DNA of 64,000 bases, taken from a virus. Where the stretch lies: IMG/VR virus record IMGVR_UViG_3300020421_002453, positions 9,097 to 73,096 of that record. One strand, written 5' to 3'. The notes beneath the pieces were generated by a model. It saw nothing but the letters and a program-made list of their open reading frames with translations, was not told the DNA's origin and ran no database searches. Below, piece by piece: positions 10,094 through 18,707 of the stretch. The position numbers and the translations under genes were made by a program. The first letter of the stretch is position 1. Each line of letters opens with the position of its first letter.

Positions 10094-10502
10094 TTGAGAA
10101 ATCGGAAAGTACTGAGAGTAATTAACTCGGTATGGGATTGGCTGAATAATGAGTATACTTCGGAAGCTCATAAGGCAATCACAGATTAGTTCGTGGTGAA
10201 CCTACTTAGGTGTAAATCATTTCGGTAGTTGAGACATCAATAATCAGAAGTACTTGAAGAAAAAAACAGAAACGATTCTGTTGACCTTGTTGTGGGTAAG
10301 GGTAATACTGAAATCCCACTTAATGACTGAATAAACTAAACTCTGAGAGTTAAAGTAATGGCATAGAGGTTGTACTCGATTCAATGAGATTAACCATCTT
10401 GAGAATCACTTTCATAACTGAAAGATGTTAGGTACAAGGTATAAAAAATCAGAGCTTCAAGTTGTAAGTAATCGTTAACCTTACATCCCCTAAGATTTCC
10501 AA
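10094..10502 (+). ncRNA. Putative large structured non-coding RNA (~410 nt), family not recognised
   Basis: No ORF-track call in the 700-nt gap. Many stems: 10098-103/10494-99, 10110-16/10126-32, 10136-40/10176-80, 10149-53/10167-71, 10184-88/10241-45, 10252-59/10455-62, 10265-71/10276-82, 10284-90/10434-40, 10292-96/10315-19, 10409-14/10419-24, 10463-68/10480-85. Bounded by a promoter-like motif and a terminator-like hairpin. Confidence 0.7.
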
Positions 10503-10514
10503 TTAAAAATTTAT

Positions 10515-10587
10515 AAAAAAAAGGTTCAACCGTATTTTTAGTTTCCACTATATTAAAACTTTAAAAAACAACCGAACCTTTTTTTTT
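10515..10587. terminator. Long imperfect hairpin with A/T tracts; probable bidirectional intrinsic terminator
   Basis: AAAAAAAAGGTTC (10515-27) pairs with GAACCTTTTTTTT (10574-86); inner AGTTT/AAACT stem. Confidence 0.55.
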
Positions 10588-10626
10588 GCAAAAGGCAAGA
10601 AAAAATTGATTTTAATCAATCAAGGT

Positions 10627-10656
10627 TATATTTATTAATGTATCGATAAATGATAC
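10627..10656 (+). promoter_or_regulatory. Putative promoter (TATATTTAT) with GTATC-N7-GATAC hairpin upstream of the SSB gene
   Basis: Same layout as 10052-10078. Confidence 0.45.
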
Positions 10657-10701
10657 GAATGATAAATGAATAATAAAACTAAACAAATAGGAGAATGAAT
10701 A

Positions 10702-11466
10702 ATGGATTTAAATGCAATTAAAAAGCGACTTAATCAGTTACAAACCACAAACAATCGTACTTCCAGTCTTTGGAAACCACAACCAGGTAAAACACAAATT
10801 CGAATAGTACCTTATGCTTTCAATAAAGATAATCCTTTTATTGAATTATTCTTCCATTACAATCTGAACAATCGTTCATATCTTTCACCAATTTCTTTTG
10901 GTAGACCAGACCCAATCGAGGAGTTTGCTCAAAAACTAAAAGGAAGTGGTTCTAAGGAAGATTATCAATTAGCTCGTAAGTTAGAAGCTAAGATGAGAAC
11001 TTTTGCACCAGTCATTGTAAGAGGAGAAGAAAAACAAGGTGTTAAATTTTGGGGATTTGGAAAGACAGTTTATCAAGAACTTCTTTCAATAATCGCTGAC
11101 CCTGATTATGGTGATATCACAGATGCAGTAAATGGTCGTGATGTAGTTGTTGAGTTCTTATCAGCAGAAGAGACGGGAGCATCGTTTCCTACAACAAAAA
11201 TCCGAGTAAAACCTAATCAAACACCGATTTCAGATGAACCTGAAACTCTTGAATTGGTTAAAACCCAACAAGATATTAAGGAAATCTATCAAGAGTTATC
11301 TTATGATGACCTTACAGATATTCTGAATGAGTGGTTGAATCCAAGTGATGATAACACAGATGGTGAAACTACTACTTCTAAAGAAGAAGTTTCTAAAACT
11401 GAACTATCAAATGCTAAAGTGAAGAGTAATACTTCAGATGCCTTTGATGAATTGTTTAATTCATAA
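10702..11466 (+). CDS. gp32: Single-stranded DNA-binding protein (T4 gp32-like)
   Basis: WKP..G...IRIVP, GVKFWGFGKTVY, DYGDITD...GRD; acidic C-terminal tail DAFDELFNS; upstream of uvsX. Confidence 0.85.
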   Translation: MDLNAIKKRLNQLQTTNNRTSSLWKPQPGKTQIRIVPYAFNKDNPFIELFFHYNLNNRSYLSPISFGRPDPIEEFAQKLKGSGSKEDYQLARKLEAKMRTFAPVIVRGEEKQGVKFWGFGKTVYQELLSIIADPDYGDITDAVNGRDVVVEFLSAEETGASFPTTKIRVKPNQTPISDEPETLELVKTQQDIKEIYQELSYDDLTDILNEWLNPSDDNTDGETTTSKEEVSKTELSNAKVKSNTSDAFDELFNS

Positions 11467-11479
11467 ATAATAACAATAT

Positions 11480-11545
11480 ATAGTGTGTGGCAACATACAA
11501 GAAAAGTAGAGATGGGTGTTATTGTATTCCCTAACTACACACTAT
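11480..11545 (+). other. Intergenic structured RNA element
   Basis: ATAGTGTGTGG/CTACACACTAT 11-bp closing stem (one G-U) encloses an ATACAA/TTGTAT stem; no U-tract. Confidence 0.5.
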
Positions 11546-11566
11546 TATTAACTTAAGGAGATTAGG

Positions 11567-12667
11567 ATGGCATCAGTAAATGATGTATTGGCCTCAAATT
11601 TGGCCGATAGTTTAAATAAAAAATTCAAAGATAACAAGGTAGCATACTTTTTAGATGGTACTGATAACACACCTACTGATATAAAAGATTTTATATCCAC
11701 AGGTAGTTCTATGTTAGATTTGGCTATATCAAATAAACCTGATGGTGGTATCGCCGTAGGTAGAATCACAGAAATCAACGGATTAGAATCAAGTGGTAAA
11801 TCACTACTTGGGGCTCATATGTTGGCAGAAACTCAAAAGAAAGGTGGAATCGCAGTATATATAGATACTGAAACTTCAGTTTCTCAAGAGTTCATGGATG
11901 TGATTGGAATTGATATGAGTAAGATGTTATATCTACATTTAGAAACTGTAGAAGATATCTTTGAAGCGATTGAAGAAATCGTAACCAAAGTAAGAGAATC
12001 AGATAAAGATAGATTAGTTACTATATTAGTTGATTCACTTGCAGCCGCTACTACTAAAGTAGAGTTAGAAGCAGATTTTGATAAAGATGGTTGGGCAACA
12101 GCCAAGGCCATTATTATATCTAAAGCTATGAGAAAGATTACTCAGATGATTGGTAGACAGAAAATAGCCTTAGTATTTACAAATCAGTTAAGACAAAAAT
12201 TAGGTGTAATGTTTGGAGACCCCTGGACTACAAGTGGTGGAAAGGCATTACCATTCCATGCTTCAACAAGAATTAGATTGAAGAACATGGGACAAATCAA
12301 AGATACGGCAAAGAATGTTCTTGGTATGAAGTGTAGAGCACAGATTGTTAAGAATAGATTAGGGCCACCTTTACGACATGCAGATTATGATATGTACTTT
12401 GATAGAGGTATAGATAATTATGGTGCATGGTTGACTGTGTTGAAAGAACACAAGTTAGTTAAATCAGGTGGTGCATGGTACACTCTTACAGACCAAGATG
12501 GTAAAGACCATAAGTTCCTATCGAAAGATTGGGAAGAGTTAATTACCAAAAATGATGAGTTGAGAGAGTATGTATACAAAATCATTTGTGATAAAGTTAT
12601 ATTGAAATACAAAGAGAAACTTGGTATTGATGATGTAGAATTCACAGATGAGGTTATCGGTGATTAA
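11567..12667 (+). CDS. uvsX: RecA/UvsX recombinase
   Basis: ISTGS..LD, GRITEING.ESSGKS Walker A, YIDTE, VDSLAA, NQLR.K.GVMFGDP.TTSGG.AL.F.A. Confidence 0.95.
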   Translation: MASVNDVLASNLADSLNKKFKDNKVAYFLDGTDNTPTDIKDFISTGSSMLDLAISNKPDGGIAVGRITEINGLESSGKSLLGAHMLAETQKKGGIAVYIDTETSVSQEFMDVIGIDMSKMLYLHLETVEDIFEAIEEIVTKVRESDKDRLVTILVDSLAAATTKVELEADFDKDGWATAKAIIISKAMRKITQMIGRQKIALVFTNQLRQKLGVMFGDPWTTSGGKALPFHASTRIRLKNMGQIKDTAKNVLGMKCRAQIVKNRLGPPLRHADYDMYFDRGIDNYGAWLTVLKEHKLVKSGGAWYTLTDQDGKDHKFLSKDWEELITKNDELREYVYKIICDKVILKYKEKLGIDDVEFTDEVIGD

Positions 12668-13715
12668 TAAGAGACACTTATCGATACTCGAAGAGATTAA
12701 AAAATCTGGCGGTAAAGTAGATAGTGGTGAACCAAATGACTCGGTTTTACTTATTGACGGATTGAACACATTCATACGAGTGTTTTCAGCCATACCTACT
12801 ACTAATGAGGATGGAATTCACATTGGTGGAATAGTAGGTTTTTTAAGGTCAATTGGTTACACAATCAACATGGTTAGACCTACACGAACTATCATAGTAT
12901 TTGATGGTAAAGGTGGGTCTAACCGCCGAAGAAAACTTTTTCCTGAATATAAAGCAGGAAGAAAAATGTCAGTTAGATTGAATCGACACTTAGATGTTTC
13001 ACTTACAAGAGAAGATGAACACAAGATGATGATTCGTCAATTGAATCGAGTAATAGAATACCTTGAATGTTTACCATTAACATTAATGAACATTGAAAAT
13101 GTAGAAGCAGATGATGTTATTGGTTATGCAGCTAAGCATGTATTTAATGATAAGGTTACAATTATGTCAACCGATAAAGACTTTCTTCAGTTGGTGGATG
13201 ATAGAATACAAGTTTATTCACCAACGAAAAAGTTGATGTATGATGAAGAAAGAATTGTGAATGAATATGGAATTAATTCAAAGAATTTCTTATTGTTCAG
13301 AGCTATAGATGGTGATAAATCAGATGGGATACCAGGTATAAAAGGTGCTGGATTAAAAACACTACTGAAAGTATTTCCATTCCTTGAATCACCACACGAA
13401 TATTCTATAGAAGATATTATGAAGAGTTCAAAAGCGAACCAAAAAAAATACAAAATATGTGAAACTATTGTAAATAATGAAGACCAATTACTTTTAAATA
13501 AAAAACTAATGGACTTAACCGATAGTGTTATGGGTGGTAGTAGTAGACAAAAAACTCAACACATAACAGGAGAACCAATTCAGAGATTAGTTAAACACAA
13601 ATTTCAAAGGATGTTCTTAGAGGATAAATTATACACTGCCTTACCAAACTTAGATAGTTGGTTACATTCAACATTCAATAGGTTGAATCACATGGCGGAG
13701 AAGAGTCATGGGTAG
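12648..13715 (+). CDS. rnh: 5'-3' exonuclease / flap endonuclease (T4 RNase H-like)
   Basis: LLIDG.N, VFDG, RRKLFPEYKAGR, EADDVIG, STDKDFLQL, GDKSDGIPGIKG.G.K. Confidence 0.92.
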   Translation: MRLSVINKRHLSILEEIKKSGGKVDSGEPNDSVLLIDGLNTFIRVFSAIPTTNEDGIHIGGIVGFLRSIGYTINMVRPTRTIIVFDGKGGSNRRRKLFPEYKAGRKMSVRLNRHLDVSLTREDEHKMMIRQLNRVIEYLECLPLTLMNIENVEADDVIGYAAKHVFNDKVTIMSTDKDFLQLVDDRIQVYSPTKKLMYDEERIVNEYGINSKNFLLFRAIDGDKSDGIPGIKGAGLKTLLKVFPFLESPHEYSIEDIMKSSKANQKKYKICETIVNNEDQLLLNKKLMDLTDSVMGGSSRQKTQHITGEPIQRLVKHKFQRMFLEDKLYTALPNLDSWLHSTFNRLNHMAEKSHG

Positions 13716-13893
13716 AAAAAGAAAATACCATAGTGAAAAAGAAAAACGAGAAGCCCAAAGAAAGTGGCAGATGGAACATTATAAAAGAAATGCTGAGGAA
13801 ATAAAAGCCAAGGCAAGACAGAAGTATCGTGAAAAAAAGAAAAAAGATTTTTACGATAAAAAAGTACAAGATTTATATGGAAACTTAGGATGA
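13708..13893 (+). CDS. Small basic hypothetical protein
   Basis: 61 aa, K/R-rich; overlaps both neighbours in operon fashion. Confidence 0.6.
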   Translation: MGRKRKYHSEKEKREAQRKWQMEHYKRNAEEIKAKARQKYREKKKKDFYDKKVQDLYGNLG

Positions 13894-15095
13894 TAATTTC
13901 AGATTACTTTAAAAAGTTTTATGATATGAAACCATACATCTTTATTGATGAAGAAGAATGGAGATATATTATTACTACTTATGAAAAAGAAGAAGTAATT
14001 GAAGAGTTATCAAAAGTTTTACATACATATAGGCCACCGATACCAGTTATATCGGAACGACAAACACTTGATAGTTTAAACAAGCTCAAAAGCGTAAGGT
14101 GGCCAGAATTATTAGTAGAGAATAGTTGGTTTCCAAGAAATGAACAAGAATCGAAGTATTATTTAAAGAGTTGTTACTTCAGGAGGGATAATTCTGGTAA
14201 TAATGCTTCGAATCCCTTTCATATAGAAACAAGATGGAAAGTAGATTGGACGAGAACACCGAGTGGTTGGAAAACATGGCAGACTGTAAAGGGAATAAAA
14301 ACTATTGTAAGAGCGTTCTATACCTTAGACCAAGTATTAACAAAGGTAGATGAACAATCAATTAGGATGGCAACCACATTGAGAAAGTATGTTGCTTCTC
14401 AATTCAAACCAAGTATAGCAAAGGCATTTTATGATTATTATGGAAGTACTAATGTACTCGATTTTAGTGCTGGTTGGGGTGATAGGTTGGCTGGGTTTTA
14501 TTGTGGAGAAAGTACAAAATCATTCGTTGGTATTGACCCAAACACCACCAATCATCCAAACTATAAAAAACAAATTGAGTTCTATGAGAAACACAGAACA
14601 ATGTTCGAACAAGAAAAGAAAGTTGAGTTAATTTGTTCACCTGCTGAAGATGTAGATTATACAAAGTATGAAAATCACTTTGATACAATCTTTACTTCAC
14701 CACCTTATTTCAATGTAGAAAAATATTCAGATGAGGATACACAAAGTTACATTCGATATAAAGATATTGATAGTTGGAATAAAAACTTTTTACACAAAAC
14801 ACTTGAAAAATTAATCCCTACCTTAAAAAAAGGTGGGATACTTGCAATTAATATTGCAGATGTATACAATCCAAAAGATAAAGGTTATTATGAAATCTGT
14901 AATCCAATGAATGATTTTCTATCAAAAAAAGGGTTACATTATGATGGATGTATTGGAATGGAAATGACAAAGAGATTCAATAGTGGTGGGGCTGGTAATG
15001 CCAAGAGTGAATACTTTGATGATAAATTAAAAGAACAAACACAAAAAACTCAAAATACAGCATTTGGAGAGCCAATTTGGATTTGGAGAAAATAA
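13890..15095 (+). CDS. DNA amino-methyltransferase (m4C/m6A), orphan
   Basis: Motif I VLDFSAGWGDR, then motif IV FTSPPYF. Confidence 0.85.
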   Translation: MIISDYFKKFYDMKPYIFIDEEEWRYIITTYEKEEVIEELSKVLHTYRPPIPVISERQTLDSLNKLKSVRWPELLVENSWFPRNEQESKYYLKSCYFRRDNSGNNASNPFHIETRWKVDWTRTPSGWKTWQTVKGIKTIVRAFYTLDQVLTKVDEQSIRMATTLRKYVASQFKPSIAKAFYDYYGSTNVLDFSAGWGDRLAGFYCGESTKSFVGIDPNTTNHPNYKKQIEFYEKHRTMFEQEKKVELICSPAEDVDYTKYENHFDTIFTSPPYFNVEKYSDEDTQSYIRYKDIDSWNKNFLHKTLEKLIPTLKKGGILAINIADVYNPKDKGYYEICNPMNDFLSKKGLHYDGCIGMEMTKRFNSGGAGNAKSEYFDDKLKEQTQKTQNTAFGEPIWIWRK

Positions 15096-15131
15096 ATTGT
15101 ATTCTGAGAAAAAAAGGAACTAATTATATAT

Positions 15132-16493
15132 ATGAGTGAATCATTAATAAAATATGGTACTGGTTTTCAAAGTAAAATAATTACATCACTTCTTGTAGAT
15201 AACAAGTTTATCAAACAAGTTGTTGATATTTTAGAGATTAGTTATTTTGATTCTGATAGTAATAAATTCTTGATTAATTCTATCAAGGATTATTTTTCCA
15301 AATACAAAACAAATCCAACAATGGAAGCAATCAAAGTTCTGATTGATGATGTAGAGAATGATGTATTAAAAACAGCTATTGTAGATAGTTTAAGAAATGC
15401 ATGGCAACATCGTGAGAGTAATGATTTAGAATTTGTTCAAGAAAAAACATTAGAGTTTTGTAAGAATCAAGTTGTTAAGAATGCTATTATGGATTCAGTA
15501 GAATTATTAGAATCTCAAAGGTATGATGAAATAAAAACCATTATAGATAAAGCCATGACCGCTGGTATGGAAAGAGATATCGGACACGAATACATTACAG
15601 GTTTTGAAGAAAGAATGACACAACAAGCAAGAGTAACACAACCAACACAATGGGATAGTGTTAATGATTTGATGGATGGTGGATTAGCTGGTGGTGAACT
15701 TGGAGTTGTAGTTGCTCCTGCTGGTATTGGTAAGAGTTGGACACTTCAGGCTATTGGAGCTCATGCAGTTGCAAAAGGATTGAATGTAATTCATTATACA
15801 TTAGAGTTAAATGCTCAGTATGTAGGGTTAAGATATGATACAATAGTAAGTGGACAACCAACAGGTAACTTACAATACTATAAAGATGATGTATTAAAGG
15901 CTATAAATAAATTAAAGGGTAATTTAATTATTAAATATTATCCAACAAGAACTGCAAGTGTAAACACTTTAACAGCACATTTACAACAATGTGTATTACA
16001 AGGTATTAAACCTGATATGATTATTGTGGATTATGCTGATATTATGAAATCTACACAACACTTCAATGAAAAAAGACATCAAATAGGTCATGTTTATGAA
16101 GAGTTAAGGGGAATGGCTGGTGAGTTTGATGTTCCATTATGGACAGCTTCACAGGCTAATCGTTCATCATTAGAGGAAGATGTGATTGGGGCTGATAAAG
16201 TTTCAGAGGATTATTCTAAAGTGATGACTGCTGATTTTGTAATGAGTATGAGTAGGAAAGTAGAAGATAAGATTGCAAACACAGGTAGATTTCATGTAAT
16301 TAAAAACAGATTTGGACCCGATGGGATAACCTTTCCTGCTTCTATCAATACAAATACAGGTAACATACAAATATATGAGACCAGTACACAAGGTGGCCGT
16401 GAGGCACAAGGAAAAATGAACAATGCGGATGAGTATGTTCGTAAAACATTGGCACAGAAGAAGAAAGATTTTGATGCTGGTGGATTCGAATAG
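15132..16493 (+). CDS. gp41: Replicative DnaB-like helicase (T4 gp41-like)
   Basis: Walker A APAGIGKS, YTLEL, IIVDYAD, WTASQANR, KNRFG. Confidence 0.93.
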   Translation: MSESLIKYGTGFQSKIITSLLVDNKFIKQVVDILEISYFDSDSNKFLINSIKDYFSKYKTNPTMEAIKVLIDDVENDVLKTAIVDSLRNAWQHRESNDLEFVQEKTLEFCKNQVVKNAIMDSVELLESQRYDEIKTIIDKAMTAGMERDIGHEYITGFEERMTQQARVTQPTQWDSVNDLMDGGLAGGELGVVVAPAGIGKSWTLQAIGAHAVAKGLNVIHYTLELNAQYVGLRYDTIVSGQPTGNLQYYKDDVLKAINKLKGNLIIKYYPTRTASVNTLTAHLQQCVLQGIKPDMIIVDYADIMKSTQHFNEKRHQIGHVYEELRGMAGEFDVPLWTASQANRSSLEEDVIGADKVSEDYSKVMTADFVMSMSRKVEDKIANTGRFHVIKNRFGPDGITFPASINTNTGNIQIYETSTQGGREAQGKMNNADEYVRKTLAQKKKDFDAGGFE

Positions 16494-16616
16494 AACTTCT
16501 AAGAAATTCTTTTTAAAACTTCTAAAAAAATGAGAAATATTGGAATATTCCGCTTTATATACTATACTTAGTTATGGTGAAAAAATATAAACAGAAAACA
16601 CAGGAGTTAGTTTCAA

Positions 16617-18632
16617 ATGGTAGAAAACAAATTTAAGTTATCGGAAAATTTTGTTGCAAAATATAAGAGAAAAAAGGCACCTTTCGGGTTCAACGGATTA
16701 GGTGAATTAGTTTATATGAGAACATATTCTCGTATAAAAGAAGATGGTAAAAACGAAAGATGGTGGGAAACCGTTCAAAGAGTTGTAGAGGGAACTTATT
16801 CAATGCAGTTGAATCACATTGATTCACATCAGTTAGGTTGGAATCCTTGGCAGGCACAGAAATCAGCACAAGAAATGTATGATAGAATTTTTAATATGAA
16901 GTTCTTACCACCTGGTCGTGGTTTATGGGCTATGGGAACTGCAATCACAGAAGAAAAGAATTTATATGCCGCACTAAACAATTGTGCATTTGTATCAACA
17001 TCAACAATCAAAGATGATTATTCTAAACCATTTTGTTTCTTAATGGATGCAAGTATGTTAGGAGTTGGTGTAGGTTTTGATACCAAAGGAGCGGGGGAAA
17101 TACTTGTTAAGGGTGTAGAAAAAGATAGAGAAGAACAAGTATTTGTAATACCTGATACTCGTGAGGGTTGGGTAGAATCTCTAAGGTTATTATTGGAAAG
17201 TTATTTTCATGGACAAGCACCAGTCAAATTTGATTATAGTTTAATTAGATTAGCAGGTGAACCAATTAAAGGATTTGGTGGAGTTAGTTCAGGACCAGAC
17301 CCATTAGAAGAAGTTCATGAAAGTATTACAGAAGTATTAGAGGGTAATGCGGGTAATCCAATCACAATCACAACAATCGTAGATATAATGAATCTGATTG
17401 GTAAATGTGTTGTAGCAGGTAATGTTAGAAGAACTGCTGAGATAGTTTTTGGTGACCCTGATTCGGAAGAATACTTAGATTTAAAAAATTATAAAGTAAA
17501 TCCACATAGAGACCAATATGGTTGGACATCAAACAATAGTATATTTGCTGAGTTAGGTATGGATTATACAGAAGTATCAAAGAGAATCGTAGATAATGGA
17601 GAACCAGGTTTGGCTTGGTTGGATAACATGAAAAAGTATTCTCGTATGAAAAATGGTGGTGATGATAAAGACCACAGAGTAATGGGTGGTAATCCTTGTT
17701 TGGAACAATCATTAGAATCATATGAGTTATGTTGTTTAGTAGAAACATTTCCAGATAACCACGATTCATTTGAAGATTATGCCAAAACATTAAAATATGC
17801 TTACTTATATGCAAAGACTGTAACATTGGGTAGAACACATTGGAGTGATACCAACAGAGTTATGTTGAGAAACAGACGAATTGGTTGTTCAGTTAGTGGT
17901 GTTGCTCAGTTTATCACACATAGAGGTTTAGATGAATTAAAAACTTGGTTAAATGGTGGATACGATGTTATACAAAAATGGGATGATGTGTATTCAGATT
18001 GGTTTGCTATTCCAAAATCAATTAAAACCACTTCAGTAAAACCAAGTGGAACTGTATCATTATTGGCTGGTAGTACTCCAGGTTTACATTATCCTGAATC
18101 AAGATTTTATATTCGTAGAATACGATTATCAATCAATTCTGAACTCGTTGAACCACTAACAAAGGCTGGGTACAAAATAGAACCTGCTTTTGGTTCAGAG
18201 GATTCTACATTAGTAGTAGAAGTTCCTGTGGATGTTGGTGAGGGTATAAGAACTGCTGCTGATTTAAGTATATGGGAACAATTCTCATTGGCAGCATTCC
18301 TACAAAGACATTGGGCGGACAATCAAGTAAGTTGTACTGTAACCTTTGACCCCGAAAAAGAGGGTGATGAGATTCCAAATGTATTGAATTATTATCAGTA
18401 TCATTTGAAAGGTATCAGTTTACTACCAAGACATGATTGGGGGGCATATCCACAGATGCCTTATGAAGCTATTGATGAGAAAGAGTATAATAAACAAGTT
18501 AAGAAACTTGGAAAACTATCATTCGGTGTAATTAAACACGAAGAAGCAGAGATAGATAAGTTCTGTAATAATGATAGTTGTGAAGTTCCACCTTTAACAG
18601 GTGACAACGATGACCAAGATTATGCGAATTAA
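16617..18632 (+). CDS. nrdJ: Class II (adenosylcobalamin-dependent) ribonucleotide reductase
   Basis: RTYSR, PPGRGLW, NNCAF, VVAGNVRRTAEI, GNPCLEQ, TSVKPSGTVS, DNQVSCT; C-terminal FCNNDSC redox pair. Confidence 0.95.
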   Translation: MVENKFKLSENFVAKYKRKKAPFGFNGLGELVYMRTYSRIKEDGKNERWWETVQRVVEGTYSMQLNHIDSHQLGWNPWQAQKSAQEMYDRIFNMKFLPPGRGLWAMGTAITEEKNLYAALNNCAFVSTSTIKDDYSKPFCFLMDASMLGVGVGFDTKGAGEILVKGVEKDREEQVFVIPDTREGWVESLRLLLESYFHGQAPVKFDYSLIRLAGEPIKGFGGVSSGPDPLEEVHESITEVLEGNAGNPITITTIVDIMNLIGKCVVAGNVRRTAEIVFGDPDSEEYLDLKNYKVNPHRDQYGWTSNNSIFAELGMDYTEVSKRIVDNGEPGLAWLDNMKKYSRMKNGGDDKDHRVMGGNPCLEQSLESYELCCLVETFPDNHDSFEDYAKTLKYAYLYAKTVTLGRTHWSDTNRVMLRNRRIGCSVSGVAQFITHRGLDELKTWLNGGYDVIQKWDDVYSDWFAIPKSIKTTSVKPSGTVSLLAGSTPGLHYPESRFYIRRIRLSINSELVEPLTKAGYKIEPAFGSEDSTLVVEVPVDVGEGIRTAADLSIWEQFSLAAFLQRHWADNQVSCTVTFDPEKEGDEIPNVLNYYQYHLKGISLLPRHDWGAYPQMPYEAIDEKEYNKQVKKLGKLSFGVIKHEEAEIDKFCNNDSCEVPPLTGDNDDQDYAN

Positions 18633-18645
18633 TATTTTCACATAC

Positions 18646-18679
18646 CCTGGCAGGCGACACACCAGGATAAAAATGTGTC
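18646..18679 (+). promoter_or_regulatory. H-type RNA pseudoknot in the leader of the TonB-dependent receptor gene
   Basis: Stem 1 CCTGG(18646-50)/CCAGG(18662-66); stem 2 GACACA(18656-61)/TGTGTC(18674-79); loop 3 ATAAAAA. GC-rich patch in an AT-rich genome. Confidence 0.6.
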
Positions 18680-18707
18680 ATTCACAAGTAACAACAAGGA
18701 GATGATT

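Noticed and set aside
10104-10458. RNase P RNA identity for the structured RNA (GGAAAGT at 10104, ACAGAAA at 10266, AAAATCAGAGCTT near 10445)
   Set aside because: The similarity is partial, the P1-P3 layout and P4 register do not fit, and those segments have better alternative pairings. Left for cmscan to decide.
11471-11486. NrdR-box-like sequence TAACAATATATAGTGT (weaker match near 16559, upstream of nrdJ)
   Set aside because: Single rather than tandem, located before uvsX, overlapping a hairpin arm, and easily produced by chance in AT-rich DNA.
16494-16530. Short direct repeat AACTTCTAA upstream of nrdJ, with similar inverted words at 63470-63515
   Set aside because: Too short and AT-rich to distinguish from chance without statistics.
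18630-18707. nrdJ and the TBDR are in the same frame, separated by one TAA followed by a pseudoknot (readthrough-like layout)
   Set aside because: NrdJ ends with its normal C-terminal cysteine tail, and the TBDR has its own SD and signal peptide. A fusion makes no topological sense, and being in frame is a 1-in-3 chance.
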